A stretch of 64,000 nucleotides of DNA from Bacilli bacterium (GCA_035647455.1 DASRNI010000002.1:66051-130050), one strand, 5' to 3'. Shown: positions 49,172-58,572, numbered from the stretch's first letter. Numbers and translations are program-made. The notes: generated by a model not told the origin, from the sequence alone.

Positions 49172-51925
49172 TTATGGATTGCCAGGTAAGCTAGGTGCTT
49201 CTGGCTTATTAATATCAAAGTAATAAGTTACTGATTTATAAGGAACACCATCGATTTTTGCTGTAAGTGTAAGTTCAAAGCCTTTCGTGTCTTGCAAACT
49301 ATTAACGTGGAATGCTAAGTCAATCGCATCTTGGAGTAAATGCATCGGTGGGGTATCACTATAAATATCACTAATATAACCAAGTAATCCTTCAAGGTCA
49401 TCATCAAATTGATGAATGCCGCTGAAGCCGGCCGTTGGGAAGAGCCCAGTAACGGTGATTTTGTTACCTTCGTGGGTAATTTCATCGTTATCAGCATTAC
49501 CAACATAGAACAAAGCATCGCTACCATTAACGTGGTCAACGTTACTATAGGTTGGAACTAATTCAAATGTTTTTTCGGGATACTCTGCGGGTAAAAATTC
49601 AATCGGAATCAAAATTGTATCGCGTAAGTATTCAATTTCTTGCGGTGTACCAGCGTTTTTCGCACTGAGTGGGACCGGGTTATTTTTAAAGTCATAATCA
49701 GCGACATAAAGAATTTGTTCATCAAGTAAAGCTTCACTAATTTTTTCATCAAAGTCCGCTTTAATTAGCGTGAAATAGTACGTTTTAGTCCGTGTTTCAC
49801 TGCCAAGTTCAAGTGTTAACGTAATATCAACATCCATATCGACGTGCTGGGAATGATCATAAAGCTGTTTTGTTGGTAAGTCCATCAAGTCATCCGCAAG
49901 CGCTTCAAGCGTAATATTAGGGTTAGGATTAATGTAGCTACCAAGTGGTGTAAGTGTTTTAACGGTTAAATCAAACACTTCATCGCCTTCTTCAATTTCA
50001 CGGGACTGTGTTGTTTCAAAGAAGTTTGGATCAAGAAGACCACTTTTCTCTGTGACATTTGAAGTAACATTAATCGTTTTATTACCGTATTCTGGTAAGA
50101 CAATCTCTTCGGGAATAATTAATGTTTCTTTTAAGTGTTCAATTGGATAACGGGCATTTTCTTTATCTGCTAGAGCAGCGATACTTTTAACTTCGTCAGT
50201 ATCTTCGTAATCCACAACGTTAATTAAGGCGTTTTCATCAATAATATGATCACTAATTTCTTCATCAACGTTTGCTTCAACTAAATTGAAGTAGTATTGT
50301 TTTTTGTTTGTTTTATAAACACCGTCGTCATCAAGCATCTTTGCGGTAACTTCAATGACGAGTTCCGTTTCTTGATAAGTTATATAATTATAAAGTTTTT
50401 TCGCACTGAGACCTTCAATCTCTGTCGCTAAGTCGTCGATATTATCAGCATCTGGTTCATAGTCAGCGAGCGGTGTTAGTGTTGTAACAACAACGCCTTC
50501 GACTTCTTCAGTATCTAAATCAGTTCCGCGTTCACTTTCAAAGATTGTGAGACCGGCGGCTTTTTCAATAATCTCTGTGTCAAATTCAAGTGTTTTATTG
50601 CCAAAGTCCGGTAATATTGCTGACTTGGGAATGACGATTGTATCAGTTAAGTACCCAACATTTGCCGCGCGACTTGGTCGATCAGGCACTGCAGGAAGTT
50701 TGCGTGGGTCATCGACGTGTTTGTAATTAATGATATTCACAACAAAATCAGTTTCATCCATCACATAGTCAACAATTTCTTGTTCAAGCCGGGCGTTAAT
50801 TAAGCGGAAGTAGTACGTTTCTTCGCGGAGTGGCTCTTCACCATCTTCAGCGTAAGCACTGACGGTGAAAATTACGTCTTCAACAACGTTTTGCATTGCC
50901 GCTTTGTTATATAATTCTTTTGCTTCAAAGTCTTCAAAGTAATCTTTAAAGTCTTCAATCGTATGGACGGTTCCCGGGATTGGTTCGTCACCAACCGGCG
51001 TAAACGTATGAATTTCGACGTTACCGCTGAACTCTTCGTTATTTGGATCAAGTTCTTCAATTGATTTTTCAATCGTGTTCTGGAAAAACTTATGCGGATA
51101 GTTTGTTGTTACTTCAAAGTTTATGGTTCCAATGTCTTCAAGTTCAATTGATTTCGGGATTGCGAGTGTTTCTTTAAAGTACTCAAGACTAACGCTTTGA
51201 TCTGGTTCTTCAGGTTTTTCTTCTAAACTCGTAATCTCATCATTCACCGCATCGAAAACATTAAGTAAGAAGTCACTTTCAAAGACGACGTCAACGATGA
51301 TGCCGCCGAAATCAGTTTTAACAAGTTTTAAATAAAATGTTTTCATTTTCGTGTGATTAGCGCCTGCCCGAATTGTAATTGGCAGTTCGACTTCCATACT
51401 ATCTTGGTTCACAGCGCTTGCTAAGTCCGTTTGTGACGTATTCGTTAGGATGTCTTCTAAGTCTTCAAGTGAAGAAGTATTACCAAGAATTGTGCTCGTA
51501 CCGACAGGGATTAAAACGTAAACTTCAAGTTGAAGGGGAAGTTCTTCCTGGAAGTCATCAGGTAAATCTTCATTCCCTAAAACGAATTCATGAAAACCGG
51601 CAATGCCTTCAGGAATACTAAATTCAAGGTTATACGGAATACCATCAACTTCGAGTTTTTTCGGGATTAATAAAGCATTTGTAATATACGAAATATCCGC
51701 GCGTTTGTTTTTTTGTAACGGCGGGTCTTCAAATTGGGTGATGGGGATATCATCACCTTCCCCTTCTTGCAGCGCCATTAAGTCAATGACGTTAACAAGA
51801 AACGGTAGTTGGTCAACAACGGTAATTAAAACACGGTTGACAATATTATCAATGAGGCGACAGCTTGTAAGCGCCATAACACTAACAAGTGCGACACTAA
51901 GTTTTTTCCAAAGTTTATGTTTCAT
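49172..51925 (-). CDS. Large acidic surface lipoprotein built from five divergent modules of about 170 aa
   Basis: Lipobox MALTSC. Start is ATG 51925 behind an AGGAG RBS. Each module ends in a YYF-x-L motif (FYLKLVKTDF, YYFRLINARL, YYFNLVEANV, YYFTLIKADF, YYFDINKPEA). Confidence 0.75.
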   Translation of the reverse strand: MKHKLWKKLSVALVSVMALTSCRLIDNIVNRVLITVVDQLPFLVNVIDLMALQEGEGDDIPITQFEDPPLQKNKRADISYITNALLIPKKLEVDGIPYNLEFSIPEGIAGFHEFVLGNEDLPDDFQEELPLQLEVYVLIPVGTSTILGNTSSLEDLEDILTNTSQTDLASAVNQDSMEVELPITIRAGANHTKMKTFYLKLVKTDFGGIIVDVVFESDFLLNVFDAVNDEITSLEEKPEEPDQSVSLEYFKETLAIPKSIELEDIGTINFEVTTNYPHKFFQNTIEKSIEELDPNNEEFSGNVEIHTFTPVGDEPIPGTVHTIEDFKDYFEDFEAKELYNKAAMQNVVEDVIFTVSAYAEDGEEPLREETYYFRLINARLEQEIVDYVMDETDFVVNIINYKHVDDPRKLPAVPDRPSRAANVGYLTDTIVIPKSAILPDFGNKTLEFDTEIIEKAAGLTIFESERGTDLDTEEVEGVVVTTLTPLADYEPDADNIDDLATEIEGLSAKKLYNYITYQETELVIEVTAKMLDDDGVYKTNKKQYYFNLVEANVDEEISDHIIDENALINVVDYEDTDEVKSIAALADKENARYPIEHLKETLIIPEEIVLPEYGNKTINVTSNVTEKSGLLDPNFFETTQSREIEEGDEVFDLTVKTLTPLGSYINPNPNITLEALADDLMDLPTKQLYDHSQHVDMDVDITLTLELGSETRTKTYYFTLIKADFDEKISEALLDEQILYVADYDFKNNPVPLSAKNAGTPQEIEYLRDTILIPIEFLPAEYPEKTFELVPTYSNVDHVNGSDALFYVGNADNDEITHEGNKITVTGLFPTAGFSGIHQFDDDLEGLLGYISDIYSDTPPMHLLQDAIDLAFHVNSLQDTKGFELTLTAKIDGVPYKSVTYYFDINKPEAPSLPGNP

Positions 51926-52075
51926 AATCCGTACTCCTAACCTCATTATAATCTTTTTTAATTAATAATATAATTAAATGACTGCAAAAAGATCAAATTT
52001 CAAGCATCATTACCACGTATTTTTGAAAATAGGCATACAATGAAAGTGACAATACAGTCAGAAAGGAGCAATTAA

Positions 52076-52516
52076 ATGGCTGAAAAAATTAATTTATTCA
52101 AAGAAGCACCAAACGCAATGAAAGTGATGTTAGCGATGGAAAAATATTTACACGAAGAAACAACGCTTGAACCATTGTTACTTGAACTCATTAAAACACG
52201 CGTTTCGCAAATTAATGGTTGTGCTTACTGTTTAGATATGCATGTTAAAGATGCGCTTAAACTTGGTGAAAGTGCGCAGAGAATATACTTACTCCCAGCA
52301 TGGCGTGAAACAAGTCTTTTTACACCAAAAGAAAAGCTTGTGCTTGAACTTGCCGAGCGGGTTACACTCATAAGTGACTATGAAATCGACGGGGAACTTG
52401 AAAGTCTTTTACTTAAAGAGTTCACGAAAAAAGAGTACGTCGATCTTTTAATCGCAATTGCGCAAATTAACTCATGGAATCGACTTAATATCAGTGTGCA
52501 CGCTGACGTACGTTAA
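52076..52516 (+). CDS. Carboxymuconolactone decarboxylase / AhpD-like peroxidase family protein
   Basis: 146 aa with the CxxC in context INGCAYCLDMH, typical of AhpD-like proteins. Confidence 0.8.
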   Translation: MAEKINLFKEAPNAMKVMLAMEKYLHEETTLEPLLLELIKTRVSQINGCAYCLDMHVKDALKLGESAQRIYLLPAWRETSLFTPKEKLVLELAERVTLISDYEIDGELESLLLKEFTKKEYVDLLIAIAQINSWNRLNISVHADVR

Positions 52517-52545
52517 GTAAATAAATTAACTTATTAATAGTGAAG

Positions 52546-52569
52546 GAAGAGGATGCCCTCTTCTTTTTT
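52546..52569 (+). terminator. Rho-independent terminator after the AhpD-like gene
   Basis: Stem GAAGAGG/CCTCTTC with a 4-nt loop, followed by a T6 run. Confidence 0.7.
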
Positions 52570-52689
52570 ATTTAGTAAATTATCGTCATAACTAAAATAA
52601 GCTAACATTTCCCCATTTTTATTTAAAAGAACGCCTAATAAATGGTAAAATTGTATATGAATAATAAGTACAGAAAGTGAAAAAGCAGC

Positions 52690-53790
52690 ATGTTAATTAA
52701 AATGATTCATCTTAGTGACAATCATATTGGCGCCGTTTTAGAAAGCTCCTCGTACGCGAGTGAATTTGCTTTAAGACGGCAACGGGAAATTGTCAGCACC
52801 TTAATGAAAGCGCTTGATTACGCAAACGCCGAAAACGTGCATTATATTTTACTTTCCGGTGACCTTTTTGATCGCGGGAAAATTAAGACAAGCACAATAG
52901 CAAGTGTCATAAGAAAATTCAGTGAATTTAACGGCACGGTGCTCTTAATTGCTGGTAATCACGATTACATTAGTGAAGAGTCCCTATGGGCAAACGCCAC
53001 CTTACCAGAAAACGTCTATTTATTTCCCGCAGGGCTAACCCAAAAAGCGTTCCCCGAACATAATGTTGTTTTTTATGGTCATTCGTGGGACAAGGCAGCG
53101 ATTAAAACCGAAGAACTAGCGAAAATGCCCGCGCTCGACACGGCTAAAATTAATATTTTACTCGCCCATGGTGATATATATAGTAAAAATCACAGTTACT
53201 TACCAATTGATAAAAATAATTTAGTTAAAGCGGGTTTTGATTATGTCGCATTAGGCCATATTCATAAACATGACTTTATTACAAAAAATATTGCATACGC
53301 TGGTTCATTAGAACCACTTAATTTTGGTGAAACTGGCGCCCATGGTTTTATTTCGTTAGAGTTTAAAAATAAAAAGCTCCAAACAACATTTATACCGTTT
53401 GCGGCGCGCGAGTTCGTCATTAAAGAAATTACTTTAAATAGTGCGATGAGTGATAATGATCTTGATGCCATAATTCTTAACATAGCAACAAGCACGGAAA
53501 AGGCGCAAAACTTTTACCGTGTTATTTTCCGCGGTCGCTATAATTATCAATTAAATTTAAATAAGGCCGACTTACATACACTTTATAAAGATGAATTCGC
53601 TTATATTGAATTCGTTAATAACGCAACTGTTGATTTTGACCTTAAGACACTCCGCGAACAAAACAAAGACAATGTTATTGGTTTATATATTAAGAAGTTT
53701 GATGAAATGGACACAGAAGACGAAGTAATTAAGACGGCCTTTTACAAAGGGCTTGAATTACTCCTTGATAGTAAGGAGGGTCTCCTATGA
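52690..53790 (+). CDS. Metallophosphoesterase, SbcD/Mre11-like nuclease (YhaO/SbcF-like)
   Basis: HLSDNHIG, GDLFD, GNHD and GHIH calcineurin-like motifs. It overlaps the downstream ATPase gene by 4 nt. Confidence 0.8.
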   Translation: MLIKMIHLSDNHIGAVLESSSYASEFALRRQREIVSTLMKALDYANAENVHYILLSGDLFDRGKIKTSTIASVIRKFSEFNGTVLLIAGNHDYISEESLWANATLPENVYLFPAGLTQKAFPEHNVVFYGHSWDKAAIKTEELAKMPALDTAKINILLAHGDIYSKNHSYLPIDKNNLVKAGFDYVALGHIHKHDFITKNIAYAGSLEPLNFGETGAHGFISLEFKNKKLQTTFIPFAAREFVIKEITLNSAMSDNDLDAIILNIATSTEKAQNFYRVIFRGRYNYQLNLNKADLHTLYKDEFAYIEFVNNATVDFDLKTLREQNKDNVIGLYIKKFDEMDTEDEVIKTAFYKGLELLLDSKEGLL

Positions 53791-56450
53791 AAATTAATGA
53801 ATTAAGACTCACGTCGTTTGGTAAATTTCAAAATAAAACGCTCAAGTTTAATGAAGGTATTAATATCGTTTACGGTCTTAATGAAGCGGGTAAAAGCACA
53901 ATTCATAAGTTTATTGAAGGAATGATTTTTGGTTTTTTCCGTCCAGACATTCGCACGCGACGTCAGCTTGATGAACATGAACAATACAATCCGCGCGGTG
54001 CTGACCGCTACGCTGGGAGTATGATTATTACGTATAAAGGCCGCAAATTACTCATTGAACGTAACTTCACTTGGGGTAGCGGGTCACTAAAAATTTTTGA
54101 TAACGTAACTGGTGAAGACATTAGCGCTACGCTCCCCTTTAATAGCACAACAAGACTCCCCGACTTAGCCGCGTATTTAGAAATTGATTACACGCTTTAC
54201 AATGACACAATCTCGGTGAGTCAAATGCAAAGCGAAACTTCAAGCAACCTTGCTGATGTTGTTGTTGAAAAAATTAGTAATTTAACAACTTCAAAAACCG
54301 AAACAATTTCTGTTCCTAATGTGCTTAATAAAGTTGAAGAAGAACGGCGAAAGATTGGTTCGAAAAATGCAATCACTCAACCGTATGCACTTGCCCTTGC
54401 CAAAAAACAAAGGTTAAACACGGAACTAGAAACATCAAACACGAAATACACCGAAATTCAAAGTCATCAAGCGGCCTTAAAAAGTTTGAACGACGAAAAA
54501 GCTATTGTTGAAAAAAAGATCAATACATTAATCGCCCAAAAAGAACTTTATAAAAATGAGCAGCTTAAAGAGCAATATAAAGTTATTAAAGCTTTAGATG
54601 ACGAAAAGAATGACTTAACCGTGAAGGCAAGTGAGCTTGCTAAATTTGCTAAAGCGAATGAAGAAGACTATCAAAAAGCATTATTAATTAATCAACAAAA
54701 AGAAAGTGCAACTACGCTATTAACAGAAAAAGCAGCGGAAAAAGCAGCGTTAACCGCCAAAAACGCGGCACTAGAAACAAAACTTAATCTTTATCCTTAT
54801 TTACAAACTAACGAAGTTACTTTACTCGACTTAAACACGATGTATAGTGCGTATAACTTGAGTAAAACGCAGTTAAATAGCTATAACGAAGAAACAAAAG
54901 CTCTTTCTGGTGCCGAAGTAACGCAAGAAGAACTTAAAGACTTAAGTAAAGATTATGCGGAATATAATGCAGTAAACGCTAAAAATTATGATCTCTTAAA
55001 ACGTAATGTCCAATATGATTTACGTTTTGAAGAAGAAAAACTTGTTCGGCTTGAAAGCGAATTACCAAGTCAAGGACTGAAGTACTTATATATTGCATTA
55101 ATCCCGCTACTTATTGGTATTTTCTTGTTACTAAATTTCCTAAACAAGATAAAAAGAGTCAAGCCACAAATTGCCAAGCAAACGACAAGAATTGCCGAAC
55201 TTCACGAAGAGTTAAAAGCTTTAGAAGAACAAGAAACTTCACAAAAAGTTTTTAATGAAAAGATGTACGTGAAATATAAAGTCCACACGCATGAACAATT
55301 AAGTTCATTATATTATCAAACTGGTGCGGGTAGTCGTGCGGCTAATAAAGCAAGACTTGAAAAACTCGAAACGCTCATTAGTGAAGAAAAAGTAAAGTTA
55401 GAAAAAATAAGTAATGAATTACTAGAAATTTTAAAGCAAGTTACGAGTAAAGTTACTATTACTGATCAAAACATCCAAGCATTGCAACTTATTGTTAGCG
55501 AATATGCGACAGTTAAAACAGATTTTAGTAGTAACAATAAAAAGCTTGAAGAAGTAACGCAAGAAATAACAGCAACTACAACAAAAAGCGCAGAACTTAC
55601 CAAAGAGTTAACCGCCCTTTACGAAGCAAATAACGTGAAAAGTTTAGAAGAGTTTCGCACTGCCCTAGCCCAAAAGAAATTGTATTTAGCTAAAGTTGCT
55701 AATATTAATAACTTAACCGCGCGTATGAATGACCAGTTAGCAGGATTAACGCTTGAAGAGTTCGTTGCTAAAATTGATTTCACAACGGCGGAGAAGTTTG
55801 ATCAAGCCGCGTACGAAGCACTTTTAAACGAAGAAAGTAATATTCGTCAGAAAGAATCAGAACTAACGAAACAAATAGCAACATACTACGAAGCAATTAG
55901 TCATTTAGAACGAAATCACCGTGAACCAAAGCTCATTGAAGCTGAAATTACCGCGGTCGATGAAGAACTAAGTGCTTATGACGTTGAACTAGCAGCGCTC
56001 CAGTTAATTAAAACAACGCTTGAAGAACTTGCCAGTACAATTAGATTCGAATTTGCGCCTGAGTTAAACAAAGCAATCTCGAAATCAGTCAAACGGATTA
56101 CAAACAACAAATATAATGTCGTTAAAGTTGATACAGCAATGAATGTTCTTGTGTATGAAGAAGACACACAAAGTGAAGTTAACATCAAAGGCTTTAGCAT
56201 GGGCACAATTGACCAAATCTACTTAGCGATGCGGCTCGGTATTAATGAAACAGTATCACCTAACACGCATCCATTAATTTTAGATGATACATTCGTTAAT
56301 TACGATTACATTCGACTTGAAGCAACACTGCGTATATTAAGTGGCGAAACAAAAGCAACAAGCCGACAAATCATTTTATTTACTTGTCACGACCGTGAGC
56401 AAAAAGTTTTAGAAGCACTAAAGGTTCCGTTTAAATTAAACAGCTTGTAA
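53787..56450 (+). CDS. SMC-like AAA ATPase with long coiled coil (YhaN/SbcE-like)
   Basis: N-terminal Walker A GLNEAGKST. The central region is extensively heptad-like and contains one hydrophobic helix (LYIALIPLLIGIFLLLNFL). The C-terminus has LILDDTFVNYD (Walker B/D-loop). Confidence 0.8.
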   Translation: MKINELRLTSFGKFQNKTLKFNEGINIVYGLNEAGKSTIHKFIEGMIFGFFRPDIRTRRQLDEHEQYNPRGADRYAGSMIITYKGRKLLIERNFTWGSGSLKIFDNVTGEDISATLPFNSTTRLPDLAAYLEIDYTLYNDTISVSQMQSETSSNLADVVVEKISNLTTSKTETISVPNVLNKVEEERRKIGSKNAITQPYALALAKKQRLNTELETSNTKYTEIQSHQAALKSLNDEKAIVEKKINTLIAQKELYKNEQLKEQYKVIKALDDEKNDLTVKASELAKFAKANEEDYQKALLINQQKESATTLLTEKAAEKAALTAKNAALETKLNLYPYLQTNEVTLLDLNTMYSAYNLSKTQLNSYNEETKALSGAEVTQEELKDLSKDYAEYNAVNAKNYDLLKRNVQYDLRFEEEKLVRLESELPSQGLKYLYIALIPLLIGIFLLLNFLNKIKRVKPQIAKQTTRIAELHEELKALEEQETSQKVFNEKMYVKYKVHTHEQLSSLYYQTGAGSRAANKARLEKLETLISEEKVKLEKISNELLEILKQVTSKVTITDQNIQALQLIVSEYATVKTDFSSNNKKLEEVTQEITATTTKSAELTKELTALYEANNVKSLEEFRTALAQKKLYLAKVANINNLTARMNDQLAGLTLEEFVAKIDFTTAEKFDQAAYEALLNEESNIRQKESELTKQIATYYEAISHLERNHREPKLIEAEITAVDEELSAYDVELAALQLIKTTLEELASTIRFEFAPELNKAISKSVKRITNNKYNVVKVDTAMNVLVYEEDTQSEVNIKGFSMGTIDQIYLAMRLGINETVSPNTHPLILDDTFVNYDYIRLEATLRILSGETKATSRQIILFTCHDREQKVLEALKVPFKLNSL

Positions 56451-56551
56451 AGTACGAATAAACAAAACGTTCATTAAAGTAACTTTGTTTAGTTATCAAC
56501 AACAGAACTTTTTGAGTTTGTAATAAATATATTATAAAAGAGAATTTTATT

Positions 56552-56807
56552 ATGAAAAACAAACGAATCTTTAAAGTTTTTTAACTTATTTTGGCTAGTA
56601 GCTTATTTCTTGGTGGATGTAAAAACAATTAATACTGCTGGCCGTTATGAGAATAGTCCGTCCACAACACTAATTAATAAAAGCATCGAAACAAATCCAG
56701 CGTCTTTTGACGTAATATTAAAGATAAAGATCGGCGAATTAGTCAAGATGAAGTGTACCCACCTTAAGCTAGATTATAAAACATGTCGAAATGAAGGGCT
56801 CCAATAA
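56552..56807 (+). pseudogene. Decayed lipoprotein gene with an in-frame TAA in the signal peptide and a frameshift at an A5 run
   Basis: ATG 56552 encodes MKNKRIFKVF-TAA(56582-56584)-LILASSLFLGGC. The remaining coding potential (track ORF 56610..56807) is in the next frame, joined at A5 56621-56625. Confidence 0.55.
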
Positions 56808-56819
56808 TTAATTACATAG

Positions 56820-56842
56820 GAAGCGGGAGCCCGCTTCTTTTT
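56820..56842 (+). terminator. Rho-independent terminator
   Basis: Stem GAAGCGG/CCGCTTC around a GAGC loop, followed by a T5 run. Confidence 0.7.
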
Positions 56843-57000
56843 CATCGTCAAATCTGCGTTACAATAAATATTATGAATTGTTTTTAATAATGTTAAAATT
56901 AATTAACAAGTAACAAGACTATTTTCGAAACAAGGCCTTTTTATGTGGATTTAATTGCACTAGCAATTTAATTAAATATACTAACCAAAAAGGAGAAAGT

Positions 57001-57483
57001 ATGAAAAAGATAAGATTATTATCGCTCGTGTTCGTTTTAGGCATTGTCCTAGCGAGTTGTTCCGGAAAGGGCGACAAAAGTTCCGATCCTTCTGGAAATA
57101 GTAATGGTAATAATGGAAGTGAAGTAACAAGCACACCAACTGATAACCGTGAACAAGTTAGTCGTCAAGGCTATGACCAATATTTTGATGATTTCGATCT
57201 CACGAATGAAGTTTCAACAAATCTCGGTGAAGGTGGTGCGACATGGAAAACTATCGATACTTATCTCGGTACTTATGAAGAAGGAACTTCCCCAGACATA
57301 GCGCGAAAAGCACTTGTTTTGCATAGCGGTGTTACCCCGTCTAGCGTCACAATTACATTTCCGAACGGACTTGAATACTTAGCGTTCCAAGCAAATGAAG
57401 TAAAACATATTAACCGTGAACGTGAGTATCGCTTTGATGTGACAAACAATGGCGAAACAAAACATATAATTTTTCAGACATGA
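57001..57483 (+). CDS. Lipoprotein, function unknown (possibly 3'-truncated by a frameshift)
   Basis: Lipobox VLASC followed by a Ser/Gly/Asn-rich linker. The RBS is AAAGGAGAAAG. Confidence 0.7.
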   Translation: MKKIRLLSLVFVLGIVLASCSGKGDKSSDPSGNSNGNNGSEVTSTPTDNREQVSRQGYDQYFDDFDLTNEVSTNLGEGGATWKTIDTYLGTYEEGTSPDIARKALVLHSGVTPSSVTITFPNGLEYLAFQANEVKHINREREYRFDVTNNGETKHIIFQT

Positions 57484-57644
57484 TGTTCATCTATGATAAA
57501 AGCGCTGATTATTATCATTATGTTGTGCAATCAGAGTGGGGTTCACTTGAAGGTGAAGTGATTGTTAAGCTTTATGTTGTTGGTGGCGCTAATCAAGATT
57601 TAGCACTCCACAGTTTTAATTGGATTAATTATATACTTGAATAG
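57480..57644 (+). CDS. 54-aa ORF overlapping the upstream stop (ATGA); either a coupled small gene or the displaced C-terminus of the lipoprotein
   Basis: It is absent from the track because it is under 60 aa. Translation: MMFIYDKSADYYHYVVQSEWGSLEGEVIVKLYVVGGANQDLALHSFNWINYILE. Confidence 0.35.
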   Translation: MMFIYDKSADYYHYVVQSEWGSLEGEVIVKLYVVGGANQDLALHSFNWINYILE

Positions 57645-57716
57645 CATTTGAATTATATTTTAAAAAAAAAGCAAAAAAATGACGTTTTAATTATACTGAA
57701 GTTAACGGAGGGAAAA

Positions 57717-58226
57717 ATGGGGATCCTTGATAAAATTAAAGCAAAAATTGGCAGTGCAATTGAAAAAAGCGCTGTTAGTCAAATGACGGATGAAGAAAAA
57801 ACGGCGTACAAAGCCGAACGCGAAGCATTGAAACCTGAAGTAGGGGGTGTTGAACTTTCACTCCAATATACGAAAGAAGAAGTAAAAGACTTAGAAAGCT
57901 TATTACTAAAGCTTGGCGCGATTGATAATAGAAAAGTATGGATTGGTGGTTTTCTAAAACAACGACAGAACACTAATGCCAAGTTTGCTAACATGTTTTC
58001 TGGTCATAAAAACTTGCGCTTCCTGACACTTAAAGACGATATCTTTTTTATGATTAAATTCGAAGGCGATAAAATTTATTCATACAAAGCATTTAAAAAA
58101 GAACACGTTGCAAGTGTTAGGAAGTCCCCGGTTTTCACCGTTGCTTTGTTTGAAAAAGTTACGATGCACCTTGAAGTAACAAAAAATAAACAAAAAGTTA
58201 ACGAGTTAGTTAGTCTTTTAAAATAA
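57717..58226 (+). CDS. Hypothetical cytoplasmic protein
   Basis: 169 aa starting at ATG 57717 behind an ACGGAGGG RBS. No family recognised. Confidence 0.6.
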   Translation: MGILDKIKAKIGSAIEKSAVSQMTDEEKTAYKAEREALKPEVGGVELSLQYTKEEVKDLESLLLKLGAIDNRKVWIGGFLKQRQNTNAKFANMFSGHKNLRFLTLKDDIFFMIKFEGDKIYSYKAFKKEHVASVRKSPVFTVALFEKVTMHLEVTKNKQKVNELVSLLK

Positions 58227-58392
58227 GTAATAATTGACCGAATATCCGCGTTTAAAGCAGTAAATTCGTTGTTTTGTGTTTTGATGAACTTTTCTTGTTC
58301 CGCTATTTTGGTAAAACATATAAAACGCAATTATCAAAACCATTAACATTAAACGTGTCTAAATTTAAAAATATGTTAATATGTATTTACAC

Positions 58393-58467
58393 GCCGACGT
58401 GGCTCAACGGTAGAGCAACTGAATCGTAATCAGTAGGTTGCGGGTTCAACTCCTGTCGTCGGCACCA
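58393..58467 (+). tRNA. tRNA-Thr (anticodon CGT)
   Basis: Acceptor GCCGACG/CGTCGGC, D arm GCTC-AACGGTA-GAGC, anticodon stem ACTGA/TCAGT with loop ATCGTAA, T loop TTCAACT, and an encoded CCA. Confidence 0.92.
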
Positions 58468-58513
58468 TGAAAATCTTTGTTTAGTGGTAAATAACCACGA
58501 AAAGAAGCATATT

Positions 58514-58541
58514 GGCACCTAAATTGGGTGCCTTTTGTTTT
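58514..58541 (+). terminator. Rho-independent terminator after tRNA-Thr
   Basis: Stem GGCACC/GGTGCC with a 7-nt loop, followed by TTTTGTTTT. Confidence 0.7.
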
Positions 58542-58572
58542 ATTTGCCCCCGTTTCTAATTTTAAAACGCTC

